64,000 bases of DNA from an uncultured bacterium (GTDB lineage Bacteria; Zhuqueibacterota; QNDG01; DTFT01), in assembly GCA_963736115.1 (NCBI GenBank), contig CAVTNR010000019.1:1-64000 (forward strand). Reading direction: 5' to 3'. Shown piece by piece: positions 50,543 to 60,816 of the stretch (position 1 is the first letter of the stretch; every line of letters starts with the position of its first letter). A program made the position numbers and the translations under genes. The notes beneath the pieces were generated by a model, which did not search any database, was not told the origin of the DNA, and saw only the letters and a list, made by a program, of their open reading frames with translations.

Positions 50543-51028
50543 TTGCGCCGAAAGGACAGGGAAATCACCGATCCCGCGGAATGGCGGGAGGTCCTGGACA
50601 AGGCGGATTCGTGCCGGATCGGTTTCGCGGTCGGGGACGAGTCCTATGTTGTGGCCATGAATTTCGGGTACCGGTGGACGGATGAACGGCTGTTGCTGTA
50701 TTTTCACTGTGCCCGCGAGGGCAGAAAGCTCGAATTCCTGTCAAAGAATGACCGCGTCAGCTTTCAGCTGGATACGGACCGGAAAATCGTAGCCGGGGAG
50801 GAGGCCTGCCGGTGGAGCATGGAATACCGGAGCCTGGCCGGGACGGGGCGGCTAATCCGGGTTTCGGAACCCGGGGAGAGAATCGAAGGGCTGAACCGCA
50901 TTCTCGCGCATTACGGCGGTGCGGGGCAGGCCGAATACGAAGCAGGCGCGCTCGAGGCCGTTCTGATTCTGCGCCTCGACGTGGAAACCTTGAGCGGAAA
51001 AAGGCAACCGGGTCGTCTCACGGCGTGA
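50543..51028 (+). CDS. Pyridoxamine 5'-phosphate oxidase-like (NimA-type) flavin-binding protein
   Basis: MRRKDREI, YVVAMNFGY, LYFHCAREGRK, YRS, LSGK. Confidence 0.85.
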   Translation: MRRKDREITDPAEWREVLDKADSCRIGFAVGDESYVVAMNFGYRWTDERLLLYFHCAREGRKLEFLSKNDRVSFQLDTDRKIVAGEEACRWSMEYRSLAGTGRLIRVSEPGERIEGLNRILAHYGGAGQAEYEAGALEAVLILRLDVETLSGKRQPGRLTA

Positions 51029-51076
51029 CGCAGCCGTCCGCGTACCCGACACCCATTGATTCGAGGAGAAGCATCC

Positions 51077-52279
51077 GTGGCCCCCATTCAGGTTATCGGA
51101 GACAAGTGCATCGGTTGTAAAAAATGCGTGAAAGCCTGTCCGTTCGGCGCCATTGAGATGCAGGGCAGGCTGGCGGTGATCGATCTTTCCAAATGCACCC
51201 TGTGCGGCGCGTGCGTGGAACCCTGCCCGGTCGAGGCCATCGTCCTGGACCGCGGCGGCCGGTCGGCCGGTGCCGCGGACGGCAGCCGCGGCGTCTGGGT
51301 ATTCGCGGAACAGCGCGGCGGCGAGATTCAGTCCGTGGTGTTCGAGCTCCTGGGCGCGGGCCGCATGCTGGCAACCGCCCGCGGATGCGAGCTCGCGGCC
51401 GTGCTGATCGGTTCCGGGGTGGAGGAGAAGGCCGGCGTCCTGTTCCGGCGCGGCGCGGACAAGGTCTATTTGGCGGACCATCCCGGACTCCGCGACTACC
51501 GGGACGAGCCGTACGCCCGTCTCCTGACGCGGATGATCCGGGAATACAAGCCGGAAATCGTGCTCACCGGCGCTACTTCGATCGGCCGATCGCTCATCCC
51601 GCGGACAGCCGTCCAGGTCCCGACCGGACTTACGGCCGACTGCACGGGTCTGGAAATCGATCCATCCACCGGACTCCTCCTGCAGACGCGCCCCGCATTC
51701 GGCGGTAATATCATGGCCACCATTAAATGCGAGCATCACCGCCCCCAGATGGCCACGGTGCGGCACAAAGTGATGGAGGAGGCGCCGGAAGATCCGAGCC
51801 GGCCGGCCGGCTCGCTGGTCCGGGTACCCGTCACGGACGCGGATCTCGCGTCCCGGACGACCGTGCTGGAAACCGTCAAGGAACTCGAGGAAACGGTGAA
51901 CATCGTCGAGGCGGATGTCATCGTGGCCGGGGGCCGGGGCGTGAAAGGTCCCGAGCACTTCGCCATGCTCGGCGAACTGGCCAAAACGCTGGGCGGCGCG
52001 GTGGGCGCGTCCCGCGCGGCCGTGGACGCCGGATGGGTTCCCTACTCGCATCAGGTCGGACAGACGGGCAAGACGGTGAAGCCCAAGATCTATTTCGCCT
52101 GCGGCATTTCAGGCGCCATCCAGCACCTGGTCGGCATGTCGTCCTCGGACATCATTGTCGCCATCAACAAGAATCCGGACGCGCCTATTTTCAACGTGGC
52201 GACGTATGGACTGGTCGGCGACCTGTTCGAAATCGTTCCGGAACTGACCCGGCGGTTCAAGGAAACGATCCGCCGCTGA
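51077..52279 (+). CDS. etfA: ETF alpha subunit with N-terminal 2[4Fe-4S] ferredoxin
   Basis: [24 protein letters not shown]; [31 protein letters not shown]; GTG after GAGGAG. Confidence 0.93.
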   Translation: MAPIQVIGDKCIGCKKCVKACPFGAIEMQGRLAVIDLSKCTLCGACVEPCPVEAIVLDRGGRSAGAADGSRGVWVFAEQRGGEIQSVVFELLGAGRMLATARGCELAAVLIGSGVEEKAGVLFRRGADKVYLADHPGLRDYRDEPYARLLTRMIREYKPEIVLTGATSIGRSLIPRTAVQVPTGLTADCTGLEIDPSTGLLLQTRPAFGGNIMATIKCEHHRPQMATVRHKVMEEAPEDPSRPAGSLVRVPVTDADLASRTTVLETVKELEETVNIVEADVIVAGGRGVKGPEHFAMLGELAKTLGGAVGASRAAVDAGWVPYSHQVGQTGKTVKPKIYFACGISGAIQHLVGMSSSDIIVAINKNPDAPIFNVATYGLVGDLFEIVPELTRRFKETIRR

Positions 52280-52322
52280 GCCATCCGGATGCCGGAACCG
52301 CGTCGGATCCCGGAGGAATATA

Positions 52323-53414
52323 ATGAAGATGCGGACGGCCGCCCTGCGCCGACCGATTCTGCCTCCCGCCGTTGCGGTACTGCTTCTTCTGCTGACCCGC
52401 TGCGGCTCGGACCGATCTCCGTCAGCTCCGTCCGGAATCCGGACCGTTCCGCTGAACAGCGGTCCGCCCGCCGTGACCGTCTGCCGATGGCCGATGGACA
52501 AAGCCGCGGCCTATACGATCGGATTCGACGATTTCCGCGCCAGCCATTTCGATGTGGCCCGGCCCGAGCTGAACCGGGTCGGAATCCGCGGCACCTTCTA
52601 CATTCAAACGCACTCGGTGACCCGGTGGAACAGCCTCAGGCGGTTGGCCGAAGAGGGCCACGAGGTCGCGTCCCACACATGGTCCCACGCGCGCTGCACC
52701 CGGATCGGGGAAAACGAATTGCGGCGGGAAATCGAGCGCGCGATCGAGGACATCCGCAACCACCTGCCCGCCGTACAAAAGGTCCCCAGTTTTTCCTATC
52801 CCTTCGGACTTCTGGATGAATCCGGCAAGGCCGTAGTATCCCGCTACCATCTCTGCGCACGATCCGGGATTGAGGGCATCGAAACGGGAGACGCGGAACA
52901 CACGGATTTCCAGGCGCTGAAAGCCGTCGGCGTTTATCCTCCCTATGCGATCGACCGGTTGAACGCTTTCGTGATGGAAGCAATCGGATCCAGCGGATGG
53001 ATCATCGTCTATTTCCATTCCGTATCGGACCGGAACCGGAGCGGTCCGACGACCATTCCCCTCGATTTGTTCAGGCAGCACCTGTCTTTCGTCCGCGGCC
53101 GCGGGGAAGATTTATGGATCGCAACACTAGGACAGGCGGCCAGCTATATCCTCATGAGACAGACGGCTTTTGTGTCCGCATTGGTGAAGAACGGGGACCG
53201 CATCGAGGTGCGCCTGGAAGGGAAAGTGCCGAAACTCGGCCTCCCGATTCCGCTCTGCGTCGCTATAAACAGGCCTCCTGAATGGATCGGCCGAGAGATC
53301 ATCGCGGAAATGGACGGCAGTGGCCGCAGGATTCAGGTTCACGAACCGGACCCGTCCCGTCTCCTGCTCGACATGCCGGTTCCATCGACCTGCAGGTTAT
53401 ATGCGGTGCAATGA
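52323..53414 (+). CDS. Polysaccharide deacetylase (NodB-like) exported protein
   Basis: [31 protein letters not shown]. Confidence 0.8.
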   Translation: MKMRTAALRRPILPPAVAVLLLLLTRCGSDRSPSAPSGIRTVPLNSGPPAVTVCRWPMDKAAAYTIGFDDFRASHFDVARPELNRVGIRGTFYIQTHSVTRWNSLRRLAEEGHEVASHTWSHARCTRIGENELRREIERAIEDIRNHLPAVQKVPSFSYPFGLLDESGKAVVSRYHLCARSGIEGIETGDAEHTDFQALKAVGVYPPYAIDRLNAFVMEAIGSSGWIIVYFHSVSDRNRSGPTTIPLDLFRQHLSFVRGRGEDLWIATLGQAASYILMRQTAFVSALVKNGDRIEVRLEGKVPKLGLPIPLCVAINRPPEWIGREIIAEMDGSGRRIQVHEPDPSRLLLDMPVPSTCRLYAVQ

Positions 53415-53801
53415 TGCGGACCCGATTGGATGGCGGGTGCCGCTGAATCCGAGCGTGATACGGACCGGACCTGCGGGACGGCCGGTGGGGGAGGTCAGGC
53501 GGATCGAGCCGATTAAGGACAAATCAATAATATGGAAAATTTTACCTACAAAAATGTCATTGTCGCAAGAGGAAAGATTTTTTTGTAGAGATTATATATC
53601 GGTTATATGATATGTCAACAAAATAATTTTATTTTTACAAGCCCTTTTGACTTGACATTCGGCTTTCATTTCGCTTAATTACGCTCCGATCCGTCAGCCT
53701 TTACGGTAGGGCGACTCTGTAAATCTCCCTACCGTTTTCCTTTTTATGGAATTAGGCACAATTATCACGAATTCGATCCTAAGCTCAGTCATAATAAATA
53801 G

Positions 53802-53845
53802 TTATTAAAAAAGGACGGGAATACAACCCCGTCCTTTTTTAATAA
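53802..53845. terminator. Bidirectional intrinsic terminator
   Basis: TTATTAAAAAAGGACGGG-loop-CCCGTCCTTTTTTAATAA. Confidence 0.8.
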
Positions 53846-53879
53846 AACTGAAGAGTTTGTGACGTCGATCCGAGCCTGA

Positions 53880-56800
53880 TCAGGCCCCCGCCTTCATAAA
53901 CACATCCAATCTTCTGATACCGCCTGTCCTTTCGAAAACAGCCTCGCTCCATTTGCGCTCCAGAACCAGGCCGGGTGTCTCGATTTCCCGTTCGTCCCTC
54001 ATCTTCATCCGGATTTTTTCCAGGCGCGACCGGTGCAGAACCACAGGCACCTGGCAGAACGTGTAAGCCAGAGTCCCGGCTTCCAATGCGATCTGCTCTG
54101 TTCCGCCGTCCGCTCCGATGCATTCGAAAATTTCCGGCTTTTTCAGGAATTCCGCGAAGTCCAGCAGTTCCGCGCCGAATGAAAGCTTTCCGTCCGCGAT
54201 CCGAATCCCGAGTTCCGCGAGACGGATGAGAATGTCCTCCTTCACCTGGCCGGTCATGCCGGGCTGCTGCACGCCCGCGAATCCCGGCGTATGGGAATAG
54301 GGGTCCGTGGGAAATGCGCCGTACCGGTCGGGCTGCTTGTGCACGCCGATGCCTTCCCGTATTTCGCGTGTGCGCTTCTTCAGCCGCCGGATGACGGCCG
54401 GGTCCGCGCCGGAACGCAGGGCTTCGAGAACCGCCTCCTGGCCGGCCAGGCAGAGCTTGGACACCATGTGCCAGTAAATGCAGCCGAGTCCCTCGTACTT
54501 GTAGAATGTTCCCGAACGGCCGGTGAATGACTTGTGGTCGAACATCCGCTCATACAGACCGAGCAGGAACGGCGCTTCCTTCTGCGCCGCTTCCCGCCAT
54601 TCCGGGTCTTCCAGGTTTTGAAGAGCCTTCAGAAGGTGTCCGGCGTTCCGGAAATCGGCGTTGAAGTGCAGAACGCCACTGGAGTCGGCCGTCACGATGC
54701 GGCGGTCGTTTTCAGCCGCGCATTTCCGGAGGAAGACCGATTCCCGCACTGCTTCGGCCGGGATGATGTTCTTTTCCGTGAAACGGGGGAGCCTGCGGTC
54801 CGGATACAGGAGGTAGCTGTTCTGGTCCTTGCGGTGGAGGCGGCTCGACCGGAGCGCATCCAGCACATCCGCGCATTCCTCCGCTTTGAGCAGGCCGGAG
54901 CTGAGGACCGCGACCTGGCCCTCCAGCATTTCGTACAGCCTGCGGATGGAGATCCCGCCGTCCGGCTCCACGGTCATCAGGTTATAGGCGTGGTAAAGTC
55001 CGTCCGGCCTCCGGTTGGCCCGAAGGGTGCTGTCCGCGGCCCGGAGCGCGAGGCCGCAGAAAGCGGAAAGGTCCGCGAGGCTTGTCTCCCGTTTTTCCCC
55101 GGACAGGCCTTCCGCATACAGCTTCGAACGGAATTTGCCTGCCGCTTCTCCGAACCGGTCCAGCGCTTTCCGTCTCCGGACGTCCGTCATCGGTTCATCC
55201 GGTCCGGACACGAGCGATTCGAGCGCGGACCGCGTCGCGTCGAGCCAGTCCGAGACCTCGGCCGCGAGCGGAACCGGGTCCGGGCCGGAACGGTCGAGCA
55301 GGTCCCGGAAAAAGGACAGGTACCGCCGCATGTGGCACAGGGTGACCACGGATACGCCCGATCCGACCAGGGCGTTGTTGGCGTCATTCCATTCAGGCCT
55401 CTGGGTGTTCATCCAGATGCCGGCTTCGGGCATGAAATTCGCGAGCTTGGCGAGAAGGGGAACCAGCATTTTTTCCGCCAGGCCGGCCCGCACCCGGACG
55501 CCGTCCGGCCGTGTGAGGAATTTCCCGTCCTCTCCGATCCCGCGAACACGCTCCCGGACCCGGCCGTCCTGTTCCGCGTCGAAGCGGATGGTGTCGGCTG
55601 GATCGCGGATCAGGTCCGCGTAGGGCCGGATCCGGTAGGGCACGTCCGCATACGTGAAGAAATCACGCCGGAACAGGCCGGACAGCATGCCCGGATGATA
55701 CCGGTCCGACCATTCCAGCAGGCGGAGCAGGTAGACGATCTGGTGATCGCCCCAGTACCCGATGTAGGACCAGGGATCGGCCGGATCGAGAACCTCCCAG
55801 TCGAATCCGTCGCGGGTCACGCGGTAGGGATTGTACCCGTCGGCAGTCGAGGCGTCGACGAATTTGGCGATCATGCTCTCGATGAACCCCGGGAAGCTCT
55901 GGGCCAGCGCTTCCCAGTTCTGGAACAGGTCGCGCCAGTTGCCCTGATAGTTCAGGACCTTGCGGCCGAACCTGTCCTTGATGCCGATGGAAAACAGATT
56001 CCAGGGCCTGCTGGGATCGCCGTGCCTGCGGCTGAAGGTGAGCGGAAGATACTCGAAAGCCAGGCGTTCGAGATCGGGATCCCCTGCGGACGCGGCACGG
56101 GAGAGGAGCTCCCCGTGCGGGAGCGTGACGGGAAGCGAACGGAGCCATTCCGCCTGTGTCCGGGCCAGCGGCCGGTTCGCTTTTTCGACAAAGTCGCGGA
56201 AGTCGGATGCGGTGATGGCGGTTCCGTTGTCCGGGATGCCGCCGCGCATGACATTGAACAGCACGTTTGAAAAGTGCCTGGACGCGCTGAGCCGGTCTGC
56301 CGTGGCCTGCCGGCCGTCCGCGGCCGCCACTACGGCCTCGATGCCGGCCGTGCCGGCGGCGATATCCTCCAGAATGAGCTCCTGCAGGTCCCCGGGACGA
56401 TGGAGTGTCCCGGACAGGTCCGCCACGGCGGCCGAGTCCAGGCCGACGTCGGCCGCGAAAAACCATTCCCGGCCCGTGGACGGCTTGAGCAGGAAGCCGG
56501 TCGCGGCGAAATAAGCGCCCCGAACGCCGCGCATGTCTTTTTCCGGACGCAGCGGTCGGCCGCTCCTGAAGGCTTCCAGTTGCAGGGATGAAAGGATGTG
56601 TGTCGGCCGGACCAGGCCCGCGCACCAGACCGCTGTCGCGCGAAGGGATTCGCTCGGTTCGGCTTTGTCCGTGGGCACCGAACTCAGGGTGAACAGCCCG
56701 AGCCCCGTGTCCTCCAGCAGTTCGTTCTTCTTGTATCCGTCGGCAAGCGTGCTGTATTCGAGCTGAAACCGCCGCTGGATGCCGTCCGGCAGCAGGTTCT

Positions 56801-57335
56801 GCATCCCGTCCATAATTTCGACGCGGGCTTCGCGGCGGCCGATATTGACCAGGAACGAGTGCTTGATAAATCCGAACCGTTCGCCCGTCATCCAGGCGGT
56901 GCGGAAAACGAGCCCGAGATCACGGTTGACTTCCTCGAACATCAGCTTGTTGCCGGTGGCGTTCTTGTACAGATTCCGCTCCGTCCGGAATGCGGCAGCA
57001 TCCCGAGCGGAAAAGGGCTCCCACACCCGGATCCGGGAACCGGACTTCAGACGGACGATGGTTTTGGAACCGGTTATTTCCGCGGAATCGTGGATCTTAT
57101 CGTCGGTCACGTAGGGGAAGAGAGCGTGGTCCGGGTCCCGGCGGCCCGCGGTCAACCCGCCGTTGCTCGAAATGAACATCCAGTGGTCGGACCCGCTGAC
57201 CAGACTCACGAGAAAAGGCGGCATGCGGTCGACGTTCGAAATCCGGTACCAGGATTCACCGTCGATCGTGACGAAACCGCCGGTCACGGCTTCGGCTTTT
57301 TTTGTGCTTTTTGAGGCGTTTCGGACAGACCGCAT
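53880..57335 (-). CDS. GH149-family beta-1,3-glucan phosphorylase
   Basis: ~1150 aa; SDHWMFISSNGGLTAGR..ALFPY.TDDKI, FSRRHGDPSRPWN, ADGYNPYR, IGYWGDHQ, YEGLGCIYWHMVSKL, FPTDPYSHTP; GH17 neighbour. Confidence 0.85.
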   Translation of the reverse strand: MRSVRNASKSTKKAEAVTGGFVTIDGESWYRISNVDRMPPFLVSLVSGSDHWMFISSNGGLTAGRRDPDHALFPYVTDDKIHDSAEITGSKTIVRLKSGSRIRVWEPFSARDAAAFRTERNLYKNATGNKLMFEEVNRDLGLVFRTAWMTGERFGFIKHSFLVNIGRREARVEIMDGMQNLLPDGIQRRFQLEYSTLADGYKKNELLEDTGLGLFTLSSVPTDKAEPSESLRATAVWCAGLVRPTHILSSLQLEAFRSGRPLRPEKDMRGVRGAYFAATGFLLKPSTGREWFFAADVGLDSAAVADLSGTLHRPGDLQELILEDIAAGTAGIEAVVAAADGRQATADRLSASRHFSNVLFNVMRGGIPDNGTAITASDFRDFVEKANRPLARTQAEWLRSLPVTLPHGELLSRAASAGDPDLERLAFEYLPLTFSRRHGDPSRPWNLFSIGIKDRFGRKVLNYQGNWRDLFQNWEALAQSFPGFIESMIAKFVDASTADGYNPYRVTRDGFDWEVLDPADPWSYIGYWGDHQIVYLLRLLEWSDRYHPGMLSGLFRRDFFTYADVPYRIRPYADLIRDPADTIRFDAEQDGRVRERVRGIGEDGKFLTRPDGVRVRAGLAEKMLVPLLAKLANFMPEAGIWMNTQRPEWNDANNALVGSGVSVVTLCHMRRYLSFFRDLLDRSGPDPVPLAAEVSDWLDATRSALESLVSGPDEPMTDVRRRKALDRFGEAAGKFRSKLYAEGLSGEKRETSLADLSAFCGLALRAADSTLRANRRPDGLYHAYNLMTVEPDGGISIRRLYEMLEGQVAVLSSGLLKAEECADVLDALRSSRLHRKDQNSYLLYPDRRLPRFTEKNIIPAEAVRESVFLRKCAAENDRRIVTADSSGVLHFNADFRNAGHLLKALQNLEDPEWREAAQKEAPFLLGLYERMFDHKSFTGRSGTFYKYEGLGCIYWHMVSKLCLAGQEAVLEALRSGADPAVIRRLKKRTREIREGIGVHKQPDRYGAFPTDPYSHTPGFAGVQQPGMTGQVKEDILIRLAELGIRIADGKLSFGAELLDFAEFLKKPEIFECIGADGGTEQIALEAGTLAYTFCQVPVVLHRSRLEKIRMKMRDEREIETPGLVLERKWSEAVFERTGGIRRLDVFMKAGA

Positions 57336-57348
57336 TAGTATTCCCTCA

Positions 57349-57388
57349 TGTAGGTCCGATATGCCGAGCGTAGCGAGGCTATCGGACA
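57349..57388 (+). repeat. GTAG REP (family A) flanking RAYT
   Basis: TGTAGGTCCGATATGCCGAGCGTAGCGAGGCTATCGGACA. Confidence 0.85.
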
Positions 57389-57392
57389 TCAA

Positions 57393-57902
57393 TTATTCCG
57401 GATTCATCCCGCGTATGCCGGGGATTTCCTTCCAACCCCATCCGAACTCGTAATGACCTTGCTTCACGAAATCAATATAACTGGAATGGGGCCATCGCTC
57501 CGGTTTGTCTGTCAATCCGTGTTTGACCGGGTTGAAATGAATGTAATCCAGATGTCTGTTTATGTCTTCATGATTTCGGATCACATGGTCGTAGAAACGA
57601 TGTTGGGCGAGAGTCACGGGAGTCCTGATCTGATGATGACTCTTGAAATTGCATGTAAAATTTCGGCGAAGAGATTGAATGATAACGGAGAGTGCGGATT
57701 GTTCCGGTTCCAAAAGAAAGTGAAAATGATCAGGCAGAATGACATAGGCATATAACCGGTGGGGATAATGTTTGCGGACTCTGGAGAGGGTGTCCATCAG
57801 GATGCCCGAATTGACCGGATCGGAGAAGATGGGTTGTCGATCATGGTTGACGCACGTTATGAAATACACCGCTCCGATTATATGGTAACGGCGAATATCC
57901 AT
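57393..57902 (-). mobile_element. rayT: REP-associated tyrosine transposase (RAYT, Y1 HUH)
   Basis: RRY...YFIT, AYVILPDHFH (HUH), Q.RFYDHVIR, YIHFNPVKHGL, WPHSS; flanked by inverted REPs. Confidence 0.92.
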
Positions 57903-57914
57903 GTGTCTTTCTAT

Positions 57915-58090
57915 TGTCCGAAAGCCTCGCCCCTGCGGGGCTCGGCATTTCGGACCTAGAAATTATTTAATGATAAACGTTCTTTTTGTAGGTCCGATAT
58001 GCCCGGCATGTCTTTTCATGCCGGGCTATCGGACGTTTATTTCGGGGATTTGTCCGAAAGCCTCGCTTCGCTCGGCATTTCGGACCTACA
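57915..58090. repeat. Three alternating REPs (BIME/REPIN-like, family A)
   Basis: 57915-57960, 57987-58034 and 58051-58090; the last supplies the TAG stop of the GH17 gene. Confidence 0.85.
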
Positions 58091-59093
58091 TTTCATAGGA
58101 CGGGGACGTCGGTTCGTCCGTGACCCTCTCCGGATACCACTCCCGCATCGCCTTCTTGGCCTTGCGGTCCTCGGAAAAAAGGCCCCAGTGCCCCTCGGTG
58201 CCAGTGCCCTTCCATGGCTCGTCGAATGCCTCGAAATAGAAAACATGGACTCCGTTCGCCTTCGCCCATTCGTTGAGTTCGCGGAAGTACCGCTCCTGCT
58301 TGTCCTCGTCCCCGGCTTTCGGCGCGTGCGCCGGCCCCACCGTGTAGGTCGCCCAGCCCGCCTCGCCGATGACGAGCGTTATTCCCGGGAGCGCTTTTTG
58401 GACGCTTTTCACGTGGCGCACGGTGTGGGTCAGGGCGCTGTCGATGTCCGATCCGCCCCACATCGGGTAGGTGTGCACGGCCACGAAATCCACATGCTGC
58501 GCCAGCGACGCTCCGTCCGGCTCACGCCAGAACGTGAAATCGTCGTCCACGGTCACGGGAACGGAAACCGAATCGCGGACGCGATCCACGGCCCGGATCG
58601 CGTCCGTTAGCGTCATCCGGTGGTCCGACCAGGAAACCAGGATTTCATTGCCCACGCTGACCGCGGCGACGACATCCGGGTATTGATTGGCGAGCCGGAT
58701 GCAGTTTTGGATCTGCTCCTCATTTTCTATTTCCTTGCCTGCGGACCCGCTCAGCCAGGCGCCGAGCATGACCCGGATCGGGATTTTATTTGTCCGTATC
58801 ACCTGCAGGACATCCTCACTGTGGCGGTCCGAACCATAGGTCCGGATCATCCGCCAGTGACGCTCAAGAATGCGCATGTCCTCCAATATTTCCGCCTGAG
58901 ACGGATATGTCTGCGTCTGCGGGCTCTGGCCGGCGCGGTATCCTGAATAGCAGATCATGTGGCCGGCCCATTTCTGGGCGGTGAGGTCGATGTTCCGGGG
59001 ACGCGGTCCGCAGCCCGCACCGACGAGGCCGAGCAGTAGCAAGCCGACCGCGGCGTAGGCCCGGCTGTGGAAGGATGTCCGTTCTTGGGTCAT
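58086..59093 (-). CDS. GH17 beta-1,3-glucanase lipoprotein
   Basis: GAGC lipobox; ICYSGYR.GQSP, IRTYG, SVGNE, IGEAGW, YFEAFDEPWK, HWGLF. Confidence 0.88.
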   Translation of the reverse strand: MTQERTSFHSRAYAAVGLLLLGLVGAGCGPRPRNIDLTAQKWAGHMICYSGYRAGQSPQTQTYPSQAEILEDMRILERHWRMIRTYGSDRHSEDVLQVIRTNKIPIRVMLGAWLSGSAGKEIENEEQIQNCIRLANQYPDVVAAVSVGNEILVSWSDHRMTLTDAIRAVDRVRDSVSVPVTVDDDFTFWREPDGASLAQHVDFVAVHTYPMWGGSDIDSALTHTVRHVKSVQKALPGITLVIGEAGWATYTVGPAHAPKAGDEDKQERYFRELNEWAKANGVHVFYFEAFDEPWKGTGTEGHWGLFSEDRKAKKAMREWYPERVTDEPTSPSYEM

Positions 59094-59119
59094 GACCCGC
59101 TCCTATTCTCGTGTCCGTT

Positions 59120-59167
59120 TGTCCGAAAGCCTCGCCCCGTTCCGGGGCTCGGCATTTCGGACCTGCA
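59120..59167 (-). repeat. REP (family A)
   Basis: TGTCCGAAAGCCTCGCCCCGTTCCGGGGCTCGGCATTTCGGACCTGCA. Confidence 0.8.
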
Positions 59168-59172
59168 ACCGG

Positions 59173-60522
59173 TTAAGACGCGCGCCGTTTGGCGAGATCC
59201 GCCTCGATCCGCTTCATGAACGGCTCGTCCAGCGTGTAGAAGCAGGCCGCGGCCGCGGCCAGGGCGCTGCCCACAGCCGGGATCACGCTGATGAGGAGCC
59301 GGATGCCGTTCTGCGTCGCCTCGGTCTGGACCACGTTCGCCTTGAACCCGAAATACGCGAGCAGCCAGCCCGCCAGCGCGCCGCCGATCGTGTATCCCAT
59401 TTTCTGCGCGAAACTGGCCGCGGAAAACACCAGGCCGGTGGCCCGGCGGTTCCACTTCCATTCCGAGTAGTCCGCGGTGTCCGCGTACATGGCCCAGATC
59501 AGGGGAGCGGTCGGGGCCAGGAAGAACGAGATCGCGATGTGCAGGCCGAACACGGCGACGATGTTCTCCCGGGGGACGAAGTAGAACAGCGTCGTCAGCA
59601 CGGTCGTGACTCCCATCAGCGCGATGTAGAGGTTCCGTTTGCCGAACCGGGAGGCGAAGAAATTGGTGAGCATGATGCCGACGATCACGGCCGCGGTGCC
59701 GGCCATCATGAACGCCGAGGTCAGGGACTCCCGGCCCACGTAGTACTTGAAGTAATAGATGACGGCCCCGCTGCGGATGCAGTTGTACGTCAGCGCGAAA
59801 ATGCCGATGAGGAACATGACGAGCCAGGGCCCGTTGTGCGACAGGTCGCGGAGGTCGTTTCGAAGGGGCGTCTTTTGCGCCTGCGGCGGCCGGACGCGTT
59901 CCTTCGTCAGGCGGAAGGTCAGGTAGAACAGGGCGACGGCCGCGACGGAGTAGATCATGAGCGTGCGCTGGAACCCGGCCGCCTGGCTTTCGCCGCCCAG
60001 GGCTTTGACCAGGGGGAGGGTCGCGCCCTGCACGACGAAGGTCGCGGCCATGGCCAGCACGAAACGGTAGGAGGACAGGCTGGTTCTTTCCATCGAATCC
60101 GGGGTCATCACGCCCATCAGCGCGGAATAGGGAATATTGACCACTGTGTAGGCCATGATCATCAGGGAGTACGTGATATAGGCATACACGAGCTTGCCGG
60201 TCATTCCGAAACCCGGCGTGGTGAACGTGAGCACGCCGATGATCCCGATGGGAAGCGCGCCCCAGATCAGCCAGGGCCGGAACTTTCCCCATCGGCTCTC
60301 CGTCCGGTCCGCGATCAGGCCCATGAGCGGATCGTTGGCCGTGTCCCATATGCGGACGACGAGGAACATGGTGCCGGCCGCGGCCGCGGAAATGCCGAAC
60401 ACGTCCGTGTAGAAGAAGAGGAGGAAATTCATGAACATCTGCCAGTAGAAATTGGAGGCGGCGTCTCCCAGGCCGTACCCGATTTTTTCCTTGACTGAGA
60501 GCCGGTTGGAGCGGGTTTCCAT
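59173..60522 (-). CDS. MFS glycoside-pentoside-hexuronide:cation symporter
   Basis: EKIGYGLGD, FFYTDVFG, DPLMG..ADRT.SRWGKFRPW, NIPYSAL, ADTADYSEW. Confidence 0.92.
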   Translation of the reverse strand: METRSNRLSVKEKIGYGLGDAASNFYWQMFMNFLLFFYTDVFGISAAAAGTMFLVVRIWDTANDPLMGLIADRTESRWGKFRPWLIWGALPIGIIGVLTFTTPGFGMTGKLVYAYITYSLMIMAYTVVNIPYSALMGVMTPDSMERTSLSSYRFVLAMAATFVVQGATLPLVKALGGESQAAGFQRTLMIYSVAAVALFYLTFRLTKERVRPPQAQKTPLRNDLRDLSHNGPWLVMFLIGIFALTYNCIRSGAVIYYFKYYVGRESLTSAFMMAGTAAVIVGIMLTNFFASRFGKRNLYIALMGVTTVLTTLFYFVPRENIVAVFGLHIAISFFLAPTAPLIWAMYADTADYSEWKWNRRATGLVFSAASFAQKMGYTIGGALAGWLLAYFGFKANVVQTEATQNGIRLLISVIPAVGSALAAAAACFYTLDEPFMKRIEADLAKRRAS

Positions 60523-60630
60523 GAGGACCTCCAGAGTCGGAGATGAGCGGAAAGGGCGGGCGGAAGTCCGCCCCGGGGTCGTCCTTCTGCCTCCGGAAAA
60601 TGGCCCGGAGGCGGCCGGACGCTTCGGATT

Positions 60631-60659
60631 AAAGTAGAGATTTTTAAACGGATTGTCAA
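60631..60659 (-). promoter_or_regulatory. Sigma70-like promoter of the glucan locus
   Basis: On the minus strand, TTGACA-17 nt-TACTTT. Confidence 0.55.
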
Positions 60660-60740
60660 GGGAGAGGTTGGCCGGAGTGTCCGACCCCGGGGTTCACCCA
60701 GGGGTCGGAATGTAAGACAACAGTTCTGACAATATAATAC

Positions 60741-60769
60741 TTGATTTTTTCCCGTATCCCGGTTATACT
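60741..60769 (+). promoter_or_regulatory. Sigma70-like promoter of the aldo/keto reductase
   Basis: TTGATT-17 nt-TATACT. Confidence 0.55.
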
Positions 60770-60816
60770 GAAATAACCATCCGTTCTGCACATTGAACTA
60801 CTGGAGGAAGCCGGTC

